Source: Eledone cirrhosa (lineage: Eukaryota). Taken from it: a DNA stretch of 64,000 nt. Shown here one piece after another: positions 1-14,355 of this stretch. The notes beneath the pieces are model-generated. The model worked only from the letters and a program-made list of their open reading frames with translations, made no database searches and had not been told where the DNA came from. The stretch is from the NCBI GenBank assembly GCA_964016885.1, contig CAXHJY010000107.1:38208-102207 (forward strand). Direction: 5' to 3'. The translations under genes were made by a program, and so were the position numbers. Positions within the stretch are counted from its first letter, which is position 1. Each line of letters starts with the position of its first letter.

Positions 1-3000
1 GGGGTACCCAAATAAAAAACGGGGCACCCAAATAAAAAACGGACTCCCCCATAAAAAAACGGGGCACCCAAATAAAAAACGGGGCACCCAAATAAAAAAC
101 GGGGTACCCAAATAAAAAACGGGGCACCCAGATAAAAAACGGACCCCCCCCATAAAAAAAACGGGGCACCCAAATAAAAAACTGACCCCCCCCATAAAAA
201 AACGGGGCACCCAAATAAAAAACGGGGTACCCAAATAAAAAACGGGGTACCCAGATAAAAAACGGACCCCCCCATAAAAAACGGGGCACCCAAATAAAAA
301 ACGGGGCACCCAAATATAAAACGGGGCACCCAAATAAAAAACGGGGTACCCAAATAAAAAACGGACCCCCCCATAAAAAAACGGGGCACCCAAATAAAAA
401 ACGGGGTACCCAAATAAAAAACGGACCCCCCCATAAAAAAACGGGGCACCCAAATAAATAACGGGACCCCCCCATAAAAAAACGGGGCACCCAAATAAAA
501 AACGGACCCCCCCCATAAAAAAACGGGGCACCCAAATAAAAAACGGACCCCCCCATAAAAAAACGGGGCACCCAAATAAAAAACGGGGCACCCAAATAAA
601 AAACGGACCCCCCATAAAAAAACGGGGCACCCAAATAAAAAACGGGACCCCCCCCATAAAAAAACGGGACACCCAAATAAAAAACGGGGTACCCAAATAA
701 AAAACGGACCCCCCCATAAAAAAACGGGGTACCCAAATAAAAAACGGGACCCCCCCATAAAAAAACGGGACACCCAAATAAAAAACGGACCCCCCCCATA
801 AAAAAACGGGGCACCCAAATAAAAAACGGGGTACCCAAATAAAAAACGGGGTACCCAGATAAAAAACGGACCCCCCCCATAAAAAAACGGGGCACCCAAA
901 TAAAAAACGGACCCCCCATAAAAAAACGGGGCACCCAAATAAAAAACGGGGTGCCCAAATAAAAAACGGACCCCCCCCATAAAAAAACGGGGCACCCAAA
1001 TAAAAAACGGGACCCCCCCATAAAAAAACGGGGCACCCAAATAAAAAACGGACCCCCCCCCATAAAAAAACGGGGCACCCAAATAAAAAACGGACCCCCC
1101 CCCATAAAAAAACGGGGCACCCAAATAAAAAACGGGACCCCCCCATAAAAAAAAGGGGCACCCAAATAAAAAACGGACCCCCCATAAAAAAACGGGGCAC
1201 CCAAATAAAAAACGGGTACCCAAATAAAAAACGGGGCACCCAAATAAAAAACGGACTCCCCCATAAAAAAACGGGGCACCCAAATAAAAAACGGGGCACC
1301 CAAATAAAAAACGGACCCCCCCCATAAAAAAAACGGGGCACCCAAATAAAAAACGGACCCCCCCCCTAAAAAAACGGGGCACCCAAATATAAAACGGGGT
1401 ACCCAAATAAAAAACGAGGTACCCAGATAAAAAACGGACCCCCCCATAAAAAAACGGGGCACCCAAATAAAAAACGGGGCACCCAAATATAAAACGGGGC
1501 ACCCAAATAAAAAACGGATCCCCCCCATAAAAAAACGGGGCACCCAAATAAAAAACGGGGCACCCAAATAAAAAACGGACCCCCCCATAAAAAAACGGGG
1601 CACCCAAATAAAAAACGGGGTACCCAAATAAAAAACGGACCCCCCCCATAAAAAAACGGGGCACCCAAATAAAAAACGGGACACCCCCATAAAAAAACGG
1701 GGCACCCAAATAAAAAACGGAACCCCCCCATAAAAAAACGGGGCACCCAAATAAAAAACGGACCCCCCCATAAAAAAACGGGGCACCCAAATAAAAAACG
1801 GGGTACCCAAATAAAAAACGGGGCACCCAAATAAAAAACGGGGTACCCAAATAAAAAACGGCCCCCCCCCATAAAAAAACTGGGCACCCAAATAAAAAAC
1901 GGACCCCCCCATAAAAAAACGGGGCACCCAAATAAAAAACGGGGTACCCAAATAAAAAACGGGGCACCCAAATAAAAAACGGACTCCCCCATAAAAAAAC
2001 GGGGCACCCAAATAAAAAACGGGGCACCCAAATAAAAAACGGGGTACCCAAATAAAAAACGGGGCACCCAGATAAAAAACGGACCCCCCCCATAAAAAAA
2101 ACGGGGCACCCAAATAAAAAACTGACCCCCCCCATAAAAAAACGGGGCACCCAAATAAAAAACGGGGTACCCAAATAAAAAACGGGGTACCCAGATAAAA
2201 AACGGACCCCCCCATAAAAAACGGGGCACCCAAATAAAAAACGGGGCACCCAAATATAAAACGGGGCACCCAAATAAAAAACGGATCCCCCCCATAAAAA
2301 AACGGGGCACCCAAATAAAAAACGGGGCACCCTAATAAAAAACGGACCCCCCCCATAAAAAAACGGGGCACCCAAATAAAAAACGGGGTACCCAAATAAA
2401 AAACGGACCCCCCCAGAAAAAAACGGGGCACCCAAATAAAAAACGGGACACCCAAATAAAAAACGGATCCCCCCATAAAAAAACGGGGCACCCAAATAAA
2501 AAACGGGGTACCCAAATAAAAAACGGACCCCCCCATAAAAAAACGGGGCACCCAAATAAAAAACGGGACCCCCCATAAAAAAACGGGTCACCCAAATAAA
2601 AAACGGACCCCCCCATAAAACAACGGGGCACCCAAATAAAAAACGGACCCCCCATAAAAAAACGGGGCACCCAAATAAAAAACGGGGTACCCAAATAAAA
2701 AACGGACCCCCCCATAAAAAAACGGGGCACCCAAATAAAAAACGGGACCCCCCCATAAAAAAACGGGGCACCCAAATAAAAAACGGACCCGCCCCATAAA
2801 AAAACGGGGCACCCAAATAAAAAACGAACCCCCCCATAAAAAAACGGGGCACCCAAATAAAAAACGGGGCACCCAAATAAAAAACGGACCCTCCCATAAA
2901 AAAACGGGGCACCCAAATAAAAAACGGACCCCCCCATAAAAAAACGGGGCACCCAAATAAATACGGGACCCCCCCATAAAAAAACGGGACACCCAAATAA

Positions 3001-6000
3001 AAAACGGGGCACCCAAATAAAAAACGGACCCCCCCATAAAAAAACGGGGCACCCAAATAAAAAACGGGGTACCCAAATAAAAAACGGGGTACCCAGATAA
3101 AAAACGGACCCCCCCATAAAAAAACGGGGCACCCAAATAAAAAACGGACCCCCCCATAAAAAAACGGGGCACCCAAATAAAAAACGGGGTACCCAAATAA
3201 AAAACGGACCCCCCCCATAAAAAAACGGGGCACCCAAATAAAAAACGGGACACCCCCATAAAAAAACGGGGCACCCAAATAAAAAACGGAACCCCCCCAT
3301 AAAAAAACGGGGCACCCAAATAAAAAACGGACCCCCCCATAAAAAAACGGGGCACCCAAATAAAAAACGGGGTACCCAAATAAAAAACGGGGTACCCAAA
3401 TAAAAAACGGACCCCCCCCATAAAAAAACGGGGCACCCAAATAAAAAACGGACCCCCCCATAAAAAAACGGGGCACCCAAATAAAAAACGGGACCCCCCA
3501 TAAAAAAACGGGTCACCCAAATAAAAAACGGACCCCCCCATAAAAAAACGGGGCACCCAAATAAAAAACGGACCCCCCATAAAAAAACGGGGCACCCAAA
3601 TAAAAAACGGGGTACCCAAATAAAAAACGGGGTACCCAGATAAAAAACGGACCCCCCCATAAAAAACGGGGCACCCAAATAAAAAACGGGGCACCCAAAT
3701 ATAAAACGGGGCACCCAAATAAAAAACGGGGTACCCAAATAAAAAACGGACCCCCCCATAAAAAAACGGGGCACCCAAATAAAAAACGGGGTACCCAAAT
3801 AAAAAACGGACCCCCCCATAAAAAAACGGGGCACCCAAATAAATAACGGGACCCCCCCATAAAAAAACGGGGCACCCAAATAAAAAACGGACCCCCCCCA
3901 TAAAAAAACGGGGCACCCAAATAAAAAACGGACCCCCCCATAAAAAAACGGGGCACCCAAATAAAAAACGGGGCACCCAAATAAAAAACGGACCCCCCAT
4001 AAAAAAACGGGGCACCCAAATAAAAAACGGGACCCCCCCCATAAAAAAACGGGACACCCAAATAAAAAACGGGGTACCCAAATAAAAAACGGACCCCCCC
4101 ATAAAAAAACGGGGTACCCAAATAAAAAACGGGACCCCCCCATAAAAAAACGGGACACCCAAATAAAAAACGGACCCCCCCCCATAAAAAAACGGGGCAC
4201 CCAAATAAAAAACGGGGTACCCAAATAAAAAACGGGGTACCCAGATAAAAAACGGACCCCCCCCATAAAAAAACGGGGCACCCAAATAAAAAACGGACCC
4301 CCCATAAAAAAACGGGGCACCCAAATAAAAAACGGGGTGCCCAAATAAAAAACGGACCCCCCCCATAAAAAAACGGGGCACCCAAATAAAAAACGGGACC
4401 CCCCCATAAAAAAACGGGGCACCCAAATAAAAAACGGACCCCCCCCCATAAAAAAACGGGGCACCCAAATAAAAAACGGACCCCCCCCCATAAAAAAACG
4501 GGGCACCCAAATAAAAAACGGGACCCCCCCATAAAAAAAAGGGGCACCCAAATAAAAAACGGACCCCCCATAAAAAAACGGGGCACCCAAATAAAAAACG
4601 GGTACCCAAATAAAAAACGGGGCACCCAAATAAAAAACGGACTCCCCCATAAAAAAACGGGGCACCCAAATAAAAAACGGGGCACCCAAATAAAAAACGG
4701 ACCCCCCCCATAAAAAAAACGGGGCACCCAAATAAAAAACGGACCCCCCCCCCTAAAAAAACGGGGCACCCAAATATAAAACGGGGTACCCAAATAAAAA
4801 ACGAGGTACCCAGATAAAAAACGGACCCCCCCATAAAAAAACGGGGCACCCAAATAAAAAACGGGGCACCCAAATATAAAACGGGGCACCCAAATAAAAA
4901 ACGGATCCCCCCCATAAAAAAACGGGGCACCCAAATAAAAAACGGGGCACCCAAATAAAAAACGGACCCCCCCATAAAAAAACGGGGCACCCAAATAAAA
5001 AACGGGACACCCCCATAAAAAAACGGGGCACCCAAATAAAAAACGGAACCCCCCCATAAAAAAACGGGGCACCCAAATAAAAAACGGACCCCCCCATAAA
5101 AAAACGGGGCACCCAAATAAAAAACGGGGTACCCAAATAAAAAACGGGGCACCCAAATAAAAAACGGGGTACCCAAATAAAAAACGGCCCCCCCCCATAA
5201 AAAAACTGGGCACCCAAATAAAAAACGGACCCCCCCATAAAAAAACGGGGCACCCAAATAAAAAACGGGGTACCCAAATAAAAAACGGGGCACCCAAATA
5301 AAAAACGGACTCCCCCATAAAAAAACGGGGCACCCAAATAAAAAACGGGGCACCCAAATAAAAAACGGGGTACCCAAATAAAAAACGGGGCACCCAGATA
5401 AAAAACGGACCCCCCCCATAAAAAAAACGGGGCACCCAAATAAAAAACTGACCCCCCCCATAAAAAAAACGGGGCACCCAAATAAAAAACGGGGTACCCA
5501 AATAAAAAACGGGGTACCCAGATAAAAAACGGACCCCCCCATAAAAAACGGGGCACCCAAATAAAAAACGGGGCACCCAAATATAAAACGGGGCACCCAA
5601 ATAAAAAACGGATCCCCCCCATAAAAAAACGGGGCACCCAAATAAAAAACGGGGCACCCTAATAAAAAACGGACCCCCCCCATAAAAAAACGGGGCACCC
5701 AAATAAAAAACGGGGTACCCAAATAAAAAACGGACCCCCCCATAAAAAACGGGGCACCCAAATAAAAAACGGGACCCCCCCATAAAAAAACGGGGCACCC
5801 AAATAAAAAACGGACCCCCCCCCATAAAAAAACGGGGCACCCAAATAAAAAACGGACCCCCCCCCCTAAAAAAACGGGGCACCCAAATAAAAAACGGGGC
5901 ACCCAAATAAAAAACGGGACACCCAAATAAAAAACGGACCCCCCCATAAAAAAACGGGACACCCAAATAAAAAACGGGGTACCCAAATAAAAAACGGACC

Positions 6001-9000
6001 CCCCCATAAAAAAACGGGGCACCCAAATAAAAAACGGGACCCCCCATAAAAAAACGGGGCACCCAAATAAAAAACGGACCCCCCCATAAAAAAACGGGGC
6101 ACCCAAATAAAAAACGGACCCCCCCCATAAAAAAACGGGGCACCCAAATAAAAAACGGGGTACCCAAATAAAAAACGGACCCCCCCATAAAAAAACGGGG
6201 CACCCAAATAAATAACGGGACCCCCCCATAAAAAAACGGGGCACCCAAATAAAAAACGGACCCCCCCCATAAAAAAACGGGGCACCCAAATAAAAAACGG
6301 ACCCCCCCATAAAAAAACGGGGCACCCAAATAAAAAACGGGGCACCCAAATAAAAAACGGACCCCCCATAAAAAAACGGGGCACCCAAATAAAAAACGGG
6401 ACCCCCCCCATAAAAAAACGGGACACCCAAATAAAAAACGGGGTACCCAAATAAAAAACGGCCCCCCCCATAAAAAAACGGGGCACCCAAATAAAAAACG
6501 GGGCACCCAAATAAAAAACGGGGCACCCAATTAAAAAACGGACCCCCCCATAAAAAAACGGGGCACCCAAATAAAAAACGGGGTACCCAAATAAAAAACG
6601 AACCCCCCCCATAAAAAAACGGGGCACCCAAATAAAAAACGGGACCCCCCCATAAAAAAACGGGGCACCCAAATAAAAAACGGACCCCCCCCATAAAAAA
6701 ACGGGGCACCCAAATAAAAAACGGGACCCCCCCATAAAAAAACGGGGCACCCAAATAAAAAACGGGACCCCCCATAAAAAAACGGGGCACCCAAATAAAA
6801 AACGACCCCCCCCCATAAAAAAACGGGGCACCCAAATAAAAAACGGGGTACCCCCATAAAAAAACGGGGCACCCAAATAAAAAACGGACCCCCCCATAAA
6901 AAAACGGGGCACCCAAATAAAAAACGGGGTACCCAAATAAAAAACGGACCCCCCCATAAAAAAAACGGGGCACCCAAATAAAAAACGGACCCCCCCCCCA
7001 TAAAAAAACGGGGCACCCAAATAAAAAACGGGGTACCCAGATAAAAAACGGTCCCCCCATAAAAAAACGGGGCACCCAAATAAAAAACGGACCCCCCCAT
7101 AAAAAAACGGGGCACCCAAATAAAAAACGGACCCCCCCCACAAAAAAACGGGGCACCCAAATAAAAAACGGCCCCCCCCATAAAAAAACGGGGCACCCAA
7201 ATAAAAAACGGGGTACCCAAATAAAAAACGGACCCCCCCCCATAAAAAAACGGGGCACCCAAATAAAAAACGGACCCCCCCCATAAAAAAACGGGGCACC
7301 CAAATAAAAAACGGACCCCCCCCATAAAAAAACGGGGCACCCAAATAAAAAACGGACCCCCCCCATAAAAAAACGGGGCACCCAAATAAAAAACGGGGTA
7401 CCCAAATAAAAAACGGACCACCCCCCATAAAAAACGGGGCACCCAAATAAAAAACGGACCCCCCCATAAAAAAACGGGACACCCAAATAAAAAACGGCGT
7501 ACCCAAATAAAAAACGGACCCCCCCCATAAAAAAACGGGGCACCAAAATAAAAAACGGGACCCCCCCAGAAAAAAACGGGGCACCCAAATAAAAAACGGG
7601 ACACCCAAATAAAAAACGGATCCCCCCATAAAAAAACGGGGCACCCAAATAAAAAACGGGGTACCCAAATAAAAAACGGACCCCCCCATAAAAAAACGGG
7701 GCACCCAAATAAAAAACGGGACCCCCCATAAAAAAACGGGTCACCCAAATTAAAAACGGACCCCCCCATAAAACAACGGGGCACCCAAATAAAAAACGGA
7801 CCCCCCATAAAAAAACGGGGCACCCAAATAAAAAACGGGGTACCCAAATAAAAAACGGACCCCCCCATAAAAAAACGGGGCACCCAAATAAAAAACGGGA
7901 CCCCCCCATAAAAAAACGGGGCACCCAAATAAAAAACGGACCCGCCCCATAAAAAAACGGGGCACCCAAATAAAAAACGAACCCCCCCATAAAAAAACGG
8001 GGCACCCAAATAAAAAACGGGGCACCCAAATAAAAAACGGACCCTCCCATAAAAAAACGGGGCACCCAAATAAAAAACGGACCCCCCCATAAAAAAACGG
8101 GGCACCCAAATAAATACGGGACCCCCCCATAAAAAAACGGGACACCCAAATAAAAAACGGGGCACCCAAATAAAAAACGGACCCCCCCATAAAAAAACGG
8201 GGCACCCAAATAAAAAACGGGGTACCCAAATAAAAAACGGGGTACCCAGATAAAAAACGGACCCCCCCATAAAAAAACGGGGCACCCAAATAAAAAACGG
8301 ACCCCCCCATAAAAAAACGGGGCACCCAAATAAAAAACGGGGTACCCAAATAAAAAACGGACCCCCCCCATAAAAAAACGGGGCACCCAAATAAAAAACG
8401 GGACACCCCCATAAAAAAACGGGGCACCCAAATAAAAAACGGAACCCCCCCATAAAAAAACGGGGCACCCAAATAAAAAACGGACCCCCCCATAAAAAAA
8501 CGGGGCACCCAAATAAAAAACGGGGTACCCAAATAAAAAACGGGGTACCCAAATAAAAAACGGACCCCCCCCATAAAAAAACGGGGCACCCAAATAAAAA
8601 ACGGACCCCCCCATAAAAAAACGGGGCACCCAAATAAAAAACGGGACCCCCCATAAAAAAACGGGTCACCCAAATAAAAAACGGACCCCCCCATAAAAAA
8701 ACGGGGCACCCAAATAAAAAACGGACCCCCCATAAAAAAACGGGGCACCCAAATAAAAAACGGGGTACCCAAATAAAAAACGGACCCCCCCATAAAAAAA
8801 CGGGGCACCCAAATAAAAAACGGGACCCCCCCATAAAAAAACGGGGCACCCAAATAAAAAACGGACCCGCCCCATAAAAAAACGGGGCACCCAAATAAAA
8901 AACGAACCCCCCCATAAAAAAACGGGGCACCCAAATAGAAAACGGGGCACCCAAATAAAAAACGGACCCTCCCATAAAAAAACGGGGCACCCAAATAAAA

Positions 9001-12000
9001 AACGGACCCCCCCATAAAAAAACGGGGCACCCAAATAAATACGGGACCCCCCCATAAAAAAACGGGACACCCAAATAAAAAACGGGGCACCCAAATAAAA
9101 AACGGACCCCCCCATAAAAAAACGGGGCACCCAAATAAAAAACGGGGTACCCAAATAAAAAACGGGGTACCCAGATAAAAAACGGACCCCCCCATAAAAA
9201 AACGGGGCACCCAAATAAAAAACGGACCCCCCCATAAAAAAACGGGGCACCCAAATAAAAAACGGGGTACCCAAATAAAAAACGGACCCCCCCCATAAAA
9301 AAACGGGGCACCCAAATAAAAAACGGGACACCCCCATAAAAAAACGGGGCACCCAAATAAAAAACGGAACCCCCCCATAAAAAAACGGGGCACCCAAATA
9401 AAAAACGGACCCCCCCATAAAAAAACGGGGCACCCAAATAAAAAACGGGGTACCCAAATAAAAAACGGGGCACCCAAATAAAAAACGGGGTACCCAAATA
9501 ATGAAACGGCCCCCCCCATAAAAAAACTGGGCACCCAAATAAAAAACGGACCCCCCCATAAAAAAACGGGGCACCCAAATAAAAAACGGGGTACCCAAAT
9601 AAAAAACGGGGCACCCAAATAAAAAACGGACTCCCCCATAAAAAAACGGGGCACCCAAATAAAAAACGGGGCACCCAAATAAAAAACGGGGTACCCAAAT
9701 AAAAAACGGGGCACCCAGATAAAAAACGGACCCCCCCCATAAAAAAAACGGGGCACCCAAATAAAAAACTGACCCCCCCCATAAAAAAACGGGGCACCCA
9801 AATAAAAAACGGGGTACCCAAATAAAAAACGGGGTACCCAGATAAAAAACGGACCCCCCCATAAAAAACGGGGCACCCAAATAAAAAACGGGGCACCCAA
9901 ATATAAAACGGGGCACCCAAATAAAAAACGGGGTACCCAAATAAAAAACGGACCCCCCCATAAAAAAACGGGGCACCCAAATAAAAAACGGGGTACCCAA
10001 ATAAAAAACGGACCCCCCCATAAAAAAACGGGGCACCCAAATAAATAACGGGACCCCCCCATAAAAAAACGGGGCACCCAAATAAAAAACGGACCCCCCC
10101 CATAAAAAAACGGGGCACCCAAATAAAAAACGGACCCCCCCATAAAAAAACGGGGCACCCAAATAAAAAACGGGGCACCCAAATAAAAAACGGACCCCCC
10201 ATAAAAAAACGGGGCACCCAAATAAAAAACGGGACCCCCCCCATAAAAAAACGGGACACCCAAATAAAAAACGGGGTACCCAAATAAAAAACGGACCCCC
10301 CCATAAAAAAAACGGGGTACCCAAATAAAAAACGGGACCCCCCCATAAAAAAACGGGACACCCAAATAAAAAACGGACCCCCCCCATAAAAAAACGGGGC
10401 ACCCAAATAAAAAACGGGGTACCCAAATAAAAAACGGGGTACCCAGATAAAAAACGGACCCCCCCCATAAAAAAACGGGGCACCCAAATAAAAAACGGAC
10501 CCCCCATAAAAAAACGGGGCACCCAAATAAAAAACGGGGTGCCCAAATAAAAAACGGACCCCCCCCATAAAAAAACGGGGCACCCAAATAAAAAACGGGA
10601 CCCCCCCATAAAAAAACGGGGCACCCAAATAAAAAACGGACCCCCCCCCATAAAAAAACGGGGCACCCAAATAAAAAACGGACCCCCCCCCATAAAAAAA
10701 CGGGGCACCCAAATAAAAAACGGGACCCCCCCATAAAAAAAAGGGGCACCCAAATAAAAAACGGACCCCCCATAAAAAAACGGGGCACCCAAATAAAAAA
10801 CGGGTACCCAAATAAAAAACGGGGCACCCAAATAAAAAACGGACTCCCCCATAAAAAAACGGGGCACCCAAATAAAAAACGGGGCACCCAAATAAAAAAC
10901 GGACCCCCCCCATAAAAAAAACGGGGCACCCAAATAAAAAACGGACCCCCCCCCTAAAAAAACGGGGCACCCAAATATAAAACGGGGTACCCAAATAAAA
11001 AACGAGGTACCCAGATAAAAAACGGACCCCCCCATAAAAAAACGGGGCACCCAAATAAAAAACGGGGCACCCAAATATAAAACGGGGCACCCAAATAAAA
11101 AACGGATCCCCCCCATAAAAAAACGGGGCACCCAAATAAAAAACGGGGCACCCAAATAAAAAACGGACCCCCCCATAAAAAAACGGGGCACCCAAATAAA
11201 AAACGGGGTACCCAAATAAAAAACGGACCCCCCCCATAAAAAAACGGGGCACCCAAATAAAAAACGGGACACCCCCATAAAAAAACGGGGCACCCAAATA
11301 AAAAACGGAACCCCCCCATAAAAAAACGGGGCACCCAAATAAAAAACGGACCCCCCCATAAAAAAACGGGGCACCCAAATAAAAAACGGGGTACCCAAAT
11401 AAAAAACGGGGCACCCAAATAAAAAACGGGGTACCCAAATAAAAAACGGCCCCCCCCCATAAAAAAACTGGGCACCCAAATAAAAAACGGACCCCCCCAT
11501 AAAAAAACGGGGCACCCAAATAAAAAACGGGGTACCCAAATAAAAAACGGGGCACCCAAATAAAAAACGGACTCCCCCATAAAAAAACGGGGCACCCAAA
11601 TAAAAAACGGGGCACCCAAATAAAAAACGGGGTACCCAAATAAAAAACGGGGCACCCAGATAAAAAACGGACCCCCCCCATAAAAAAAAACGGGGCACCC
11701 AAATAAAAAACTGACCCCCCCCATAAAAAAACGGGGCACCCAAATAAAAAACGGGGTACCCAAATAAAAAACGGGGTACCCAGATAAAAAACGGACCCCC
11801 CCATAAAAAACGGGGCACCCAAATAAAAAACGGGGCACCCAAATATAAAACGGGGCACCCAAATAAAAAACGGATCCCCCCCATAAAAAAACGGGGCACC
11901 CAAATAAAAAACGGGGCACCCTAATAAAAAACGGACCCCCCCCATAAAAAAACGGGGCACCCAAATAAAAAACGGGGTACCCAAATAAAAAACGGACCCC
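1..12000. repeat. Dispersed kb-scale duplicated blocks within satellite A (offsets ~3386, 5153, 9588, 925 bp)
   Basis: GGTGCCC variant with T at 952, 4338, 10540 and 12977; ACTGGG at ~1881/11469; CCTAAT at 2333/11922; GGGTCACCC near 2585, 3510, 7738 and 8663. Confidence 0.8.
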
Positions 12001-14347
12001 CCCATAAAAAACGGGGCACCCAAATAAAAAACGGACCCCCCCATAAAAAAAACGGGGCCACCCAAATAAAAAACGGACCCCCCCCCCATAAAAAAACGGG
12101 GCACCCAAATAAAAAACGGATCCCCCCCCATAAAAAAAACGGGGCACCCCAAATAAAAAACGGGGCCACCCAAATAAAAAACGGGACACCCAAATAAAAA
12201 ACGGACCCCCCATAAAAAAACGGGACACCCAAATAAAAAACGGGGTACCCAAATAAAAAACGGACCCCCCCATAAAAAAAACGGGGCACCCAAATAAAAA
12301 ACGGGACCCCCCATAAAAAAACGGGGCACCCAAATAAAAAACGGACCCCCCCCATAAAAAAACGGGGCACCCAAATAAAAAACGGACCCCCCCCATAAAA
12401 AAACGGGGCACCCAAATAAAAAACGGGGTACCCAAATAAAAAACGGACCCCCCCATAAAAAAACGGGGCACCCAAATAAATAACGGGACCCCCCCATAAA
12501 AAAACGGGGCACCCAAATAAAAAACGGACCCCCCCCATAAAAAAACGGGGCACCCAAATAAAAAACGGACCCCCCCATAAAAAAACGGGGCACCCAAATA
12601 AAAAACGGGGCACCCAAATAAAAAACGGACCCCCCATAAAAAAACGGGGCACCCAAATAAAAAACGGGACCCCCCCCATAAAAAAACGGGACACCCAAAT
12701 AAAAAACGGGGTACCCAAATAAAAAACGGACCCCCCCATAAAAAAACGGGGTACCCAAATAAAAAACGGGACCCCCCCATAAAAAAACGGGACACCCAAA
12801 TAAAAAACGGACCCCCCCCCCCATAAAAAAACGGGGCACCCAAATAAAAAACAGGGTACCCAAATAAAAAACGGGGTACCCAGATAAAAAACGGACCCCC
12901 CCATAAAAAAACGGGGCACCCAAATAAAAAACGGACCCCCCCATAAAAAAACGGGGCACCCAAATAAAAAACGGGGTGCCCAAATAAAAAACGGACCCCC
13001 CCCATAAAAAAACGGGGCACCCAAATAAAAAACGGGACCCCCCCATAAAAAAACGGGGCACCCAAATAAAAAACGGACCCCCCCCCATAAAAAAACGGGG
13101 CACCCAAATAAAAAACGGACCCCCCCCCCATAAAAAAACGGGGCACCCAAATAAAAAACGGGACCCCCCCATAAAAAAACGGGGCACCCAAATAAAAAAC
13201 GGACCCCCCATAAAAAAACGGGGCACCCAAATAAAAAACGGGTACCCAAATAAAAAACGGGGCACCCAAATAAAAAACGGACTCCCCCATAAAAAAACGG
13301 GGCACCCAAATAAAAAACGGGGCACCCAAATAAAAAACGGACCCCCCCATAAAAAAAACGGGGCACCCAAATAAAAAACGGACCCCCCCCCTAAAAAAAC
13401 GGGGCACCCAAATATAAAACGGGGTACCCAAATAAAAAACGGGGTACCCAGATAAAAAACGGACCCCCCCATAAAAAAACGGGGCACCCAAATAAAAAAC
13501 GGGGCACCCAAATATAAAACGGGGCACCCAAATAAAAAACGGATCCCCCCCATAAAAAAACGGGGCACCCAAATAAAAAACGGGGCACCCAAATAAAAAA
13601 CGGACCCCCCCATAAAAAAACGGGGCACCCAAATAAAAAACGGGGTACCCAAATAAAAAACGGACCCCCCCCATAAAAAAACGGGGCACCCAAATAAAAA
13701 ACGGGACCCCCCCATAAAAAAACGGGGCACCCAAATAAAAAACGGACCCCCCCATAAAAAAACGGGGCACCCAAATAAAAAACGGACCCCCCCCCCATAA
13801 AAAAACGGGGCACCCAAATAAAAAACGGGGTACCCAAATAAAAAACGGACCCCCCCCATAAAAAAACGGGGCACCCAAATAAAAAACGGGACCCCCCCCC
13901 ATAAAAAAACGGGGCACCCAAATAAAAAACGGACCCCCCCCATAAAAAAACGGGGCACCCAAATAAAAAACGGACCCCCCCCATAAAAAAACGGGCCACC
14001 CAAATAAAAAACGGGGTACCCAAATAAAAAACGGACCCCCCCCCCATAAAAAACGGGGCACCCAAATAAAAAACGGACCCCCCCATAAAAAAACGGGACA
14101 CCCAAATAAAAAACGGGGCACCCAAATAAAAAACGGATCCCCCCATAAAAAAACGGGGCACCCAAATAAAAAACGGGGTACCCAAATAAAAAACGGACCC
14201 CCCCATAAAAAAACGGGGCACCCAAATAAAAAACGGACCCCCCCCATAAAAAAACGGGGCACCCAAATAAAAAACGGACCCCCCCATAAAAAACCGGGGC
14301 ACCCAAATAAAAAACGGGGTACCCAAATAAAAAACGGACCCCCCCCA

Positions 14348-14355
14348 TAAAAAAA
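14348..14355 (+). other. Left A/B junction; TAAAAAAA, first copy of a possible target-site duplication or microhomology
   Basis: Reads CCCCCCA-TAAAAAAA-TTATCTCCCC. The A-run is shared by the end of an A Y-monomer and the start of a B monomer (AAATTATC). Confidence 0.7.

Larger units (their letters stand above)
1..14355. repeat. Satellite A tandem array, left arm (~20-21 bp monomers, roughly 700 copies); runs off the window start
   Basis: Uninterrupted head-to-tail monomers of two types: X = GGGG(C/T)ACCCAAATAAAAAAC (20 bp) and Y = GG(G)AC(6-11)ATAAAAAAAC (~19-24 bp). Copy number is estimated as length divided by monomer size. Confidence 0.98.

Noticed and set aside
1366-14348. Very long minus-strand ORFs (up to 2605 aa, FFIWVPRFFMGG-type repeats)
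   Set aside because: They are open in all three overlapping frames because the minus strand has about one A per monomer, in a TTTAT context that cannot form a stop. Monomer lengths are not multiples of 3, and stops arise only at rare point variants.
1-14355. Telomeric repeat array
   Set aside because: There are two heterogeneous monomer types with kb-scale duplications and an internal 48 kb interruption. There is no match to TTAGGG-like repeats I recognise and no chromosome end in view. A subtelomeric location is not excluded.
1-14355. AATAAA polyadenylation signals in every X monomer
   Set aside because: This is a by-product of the A-rich monomer, with no upstream gene or downstream GU-rich element.
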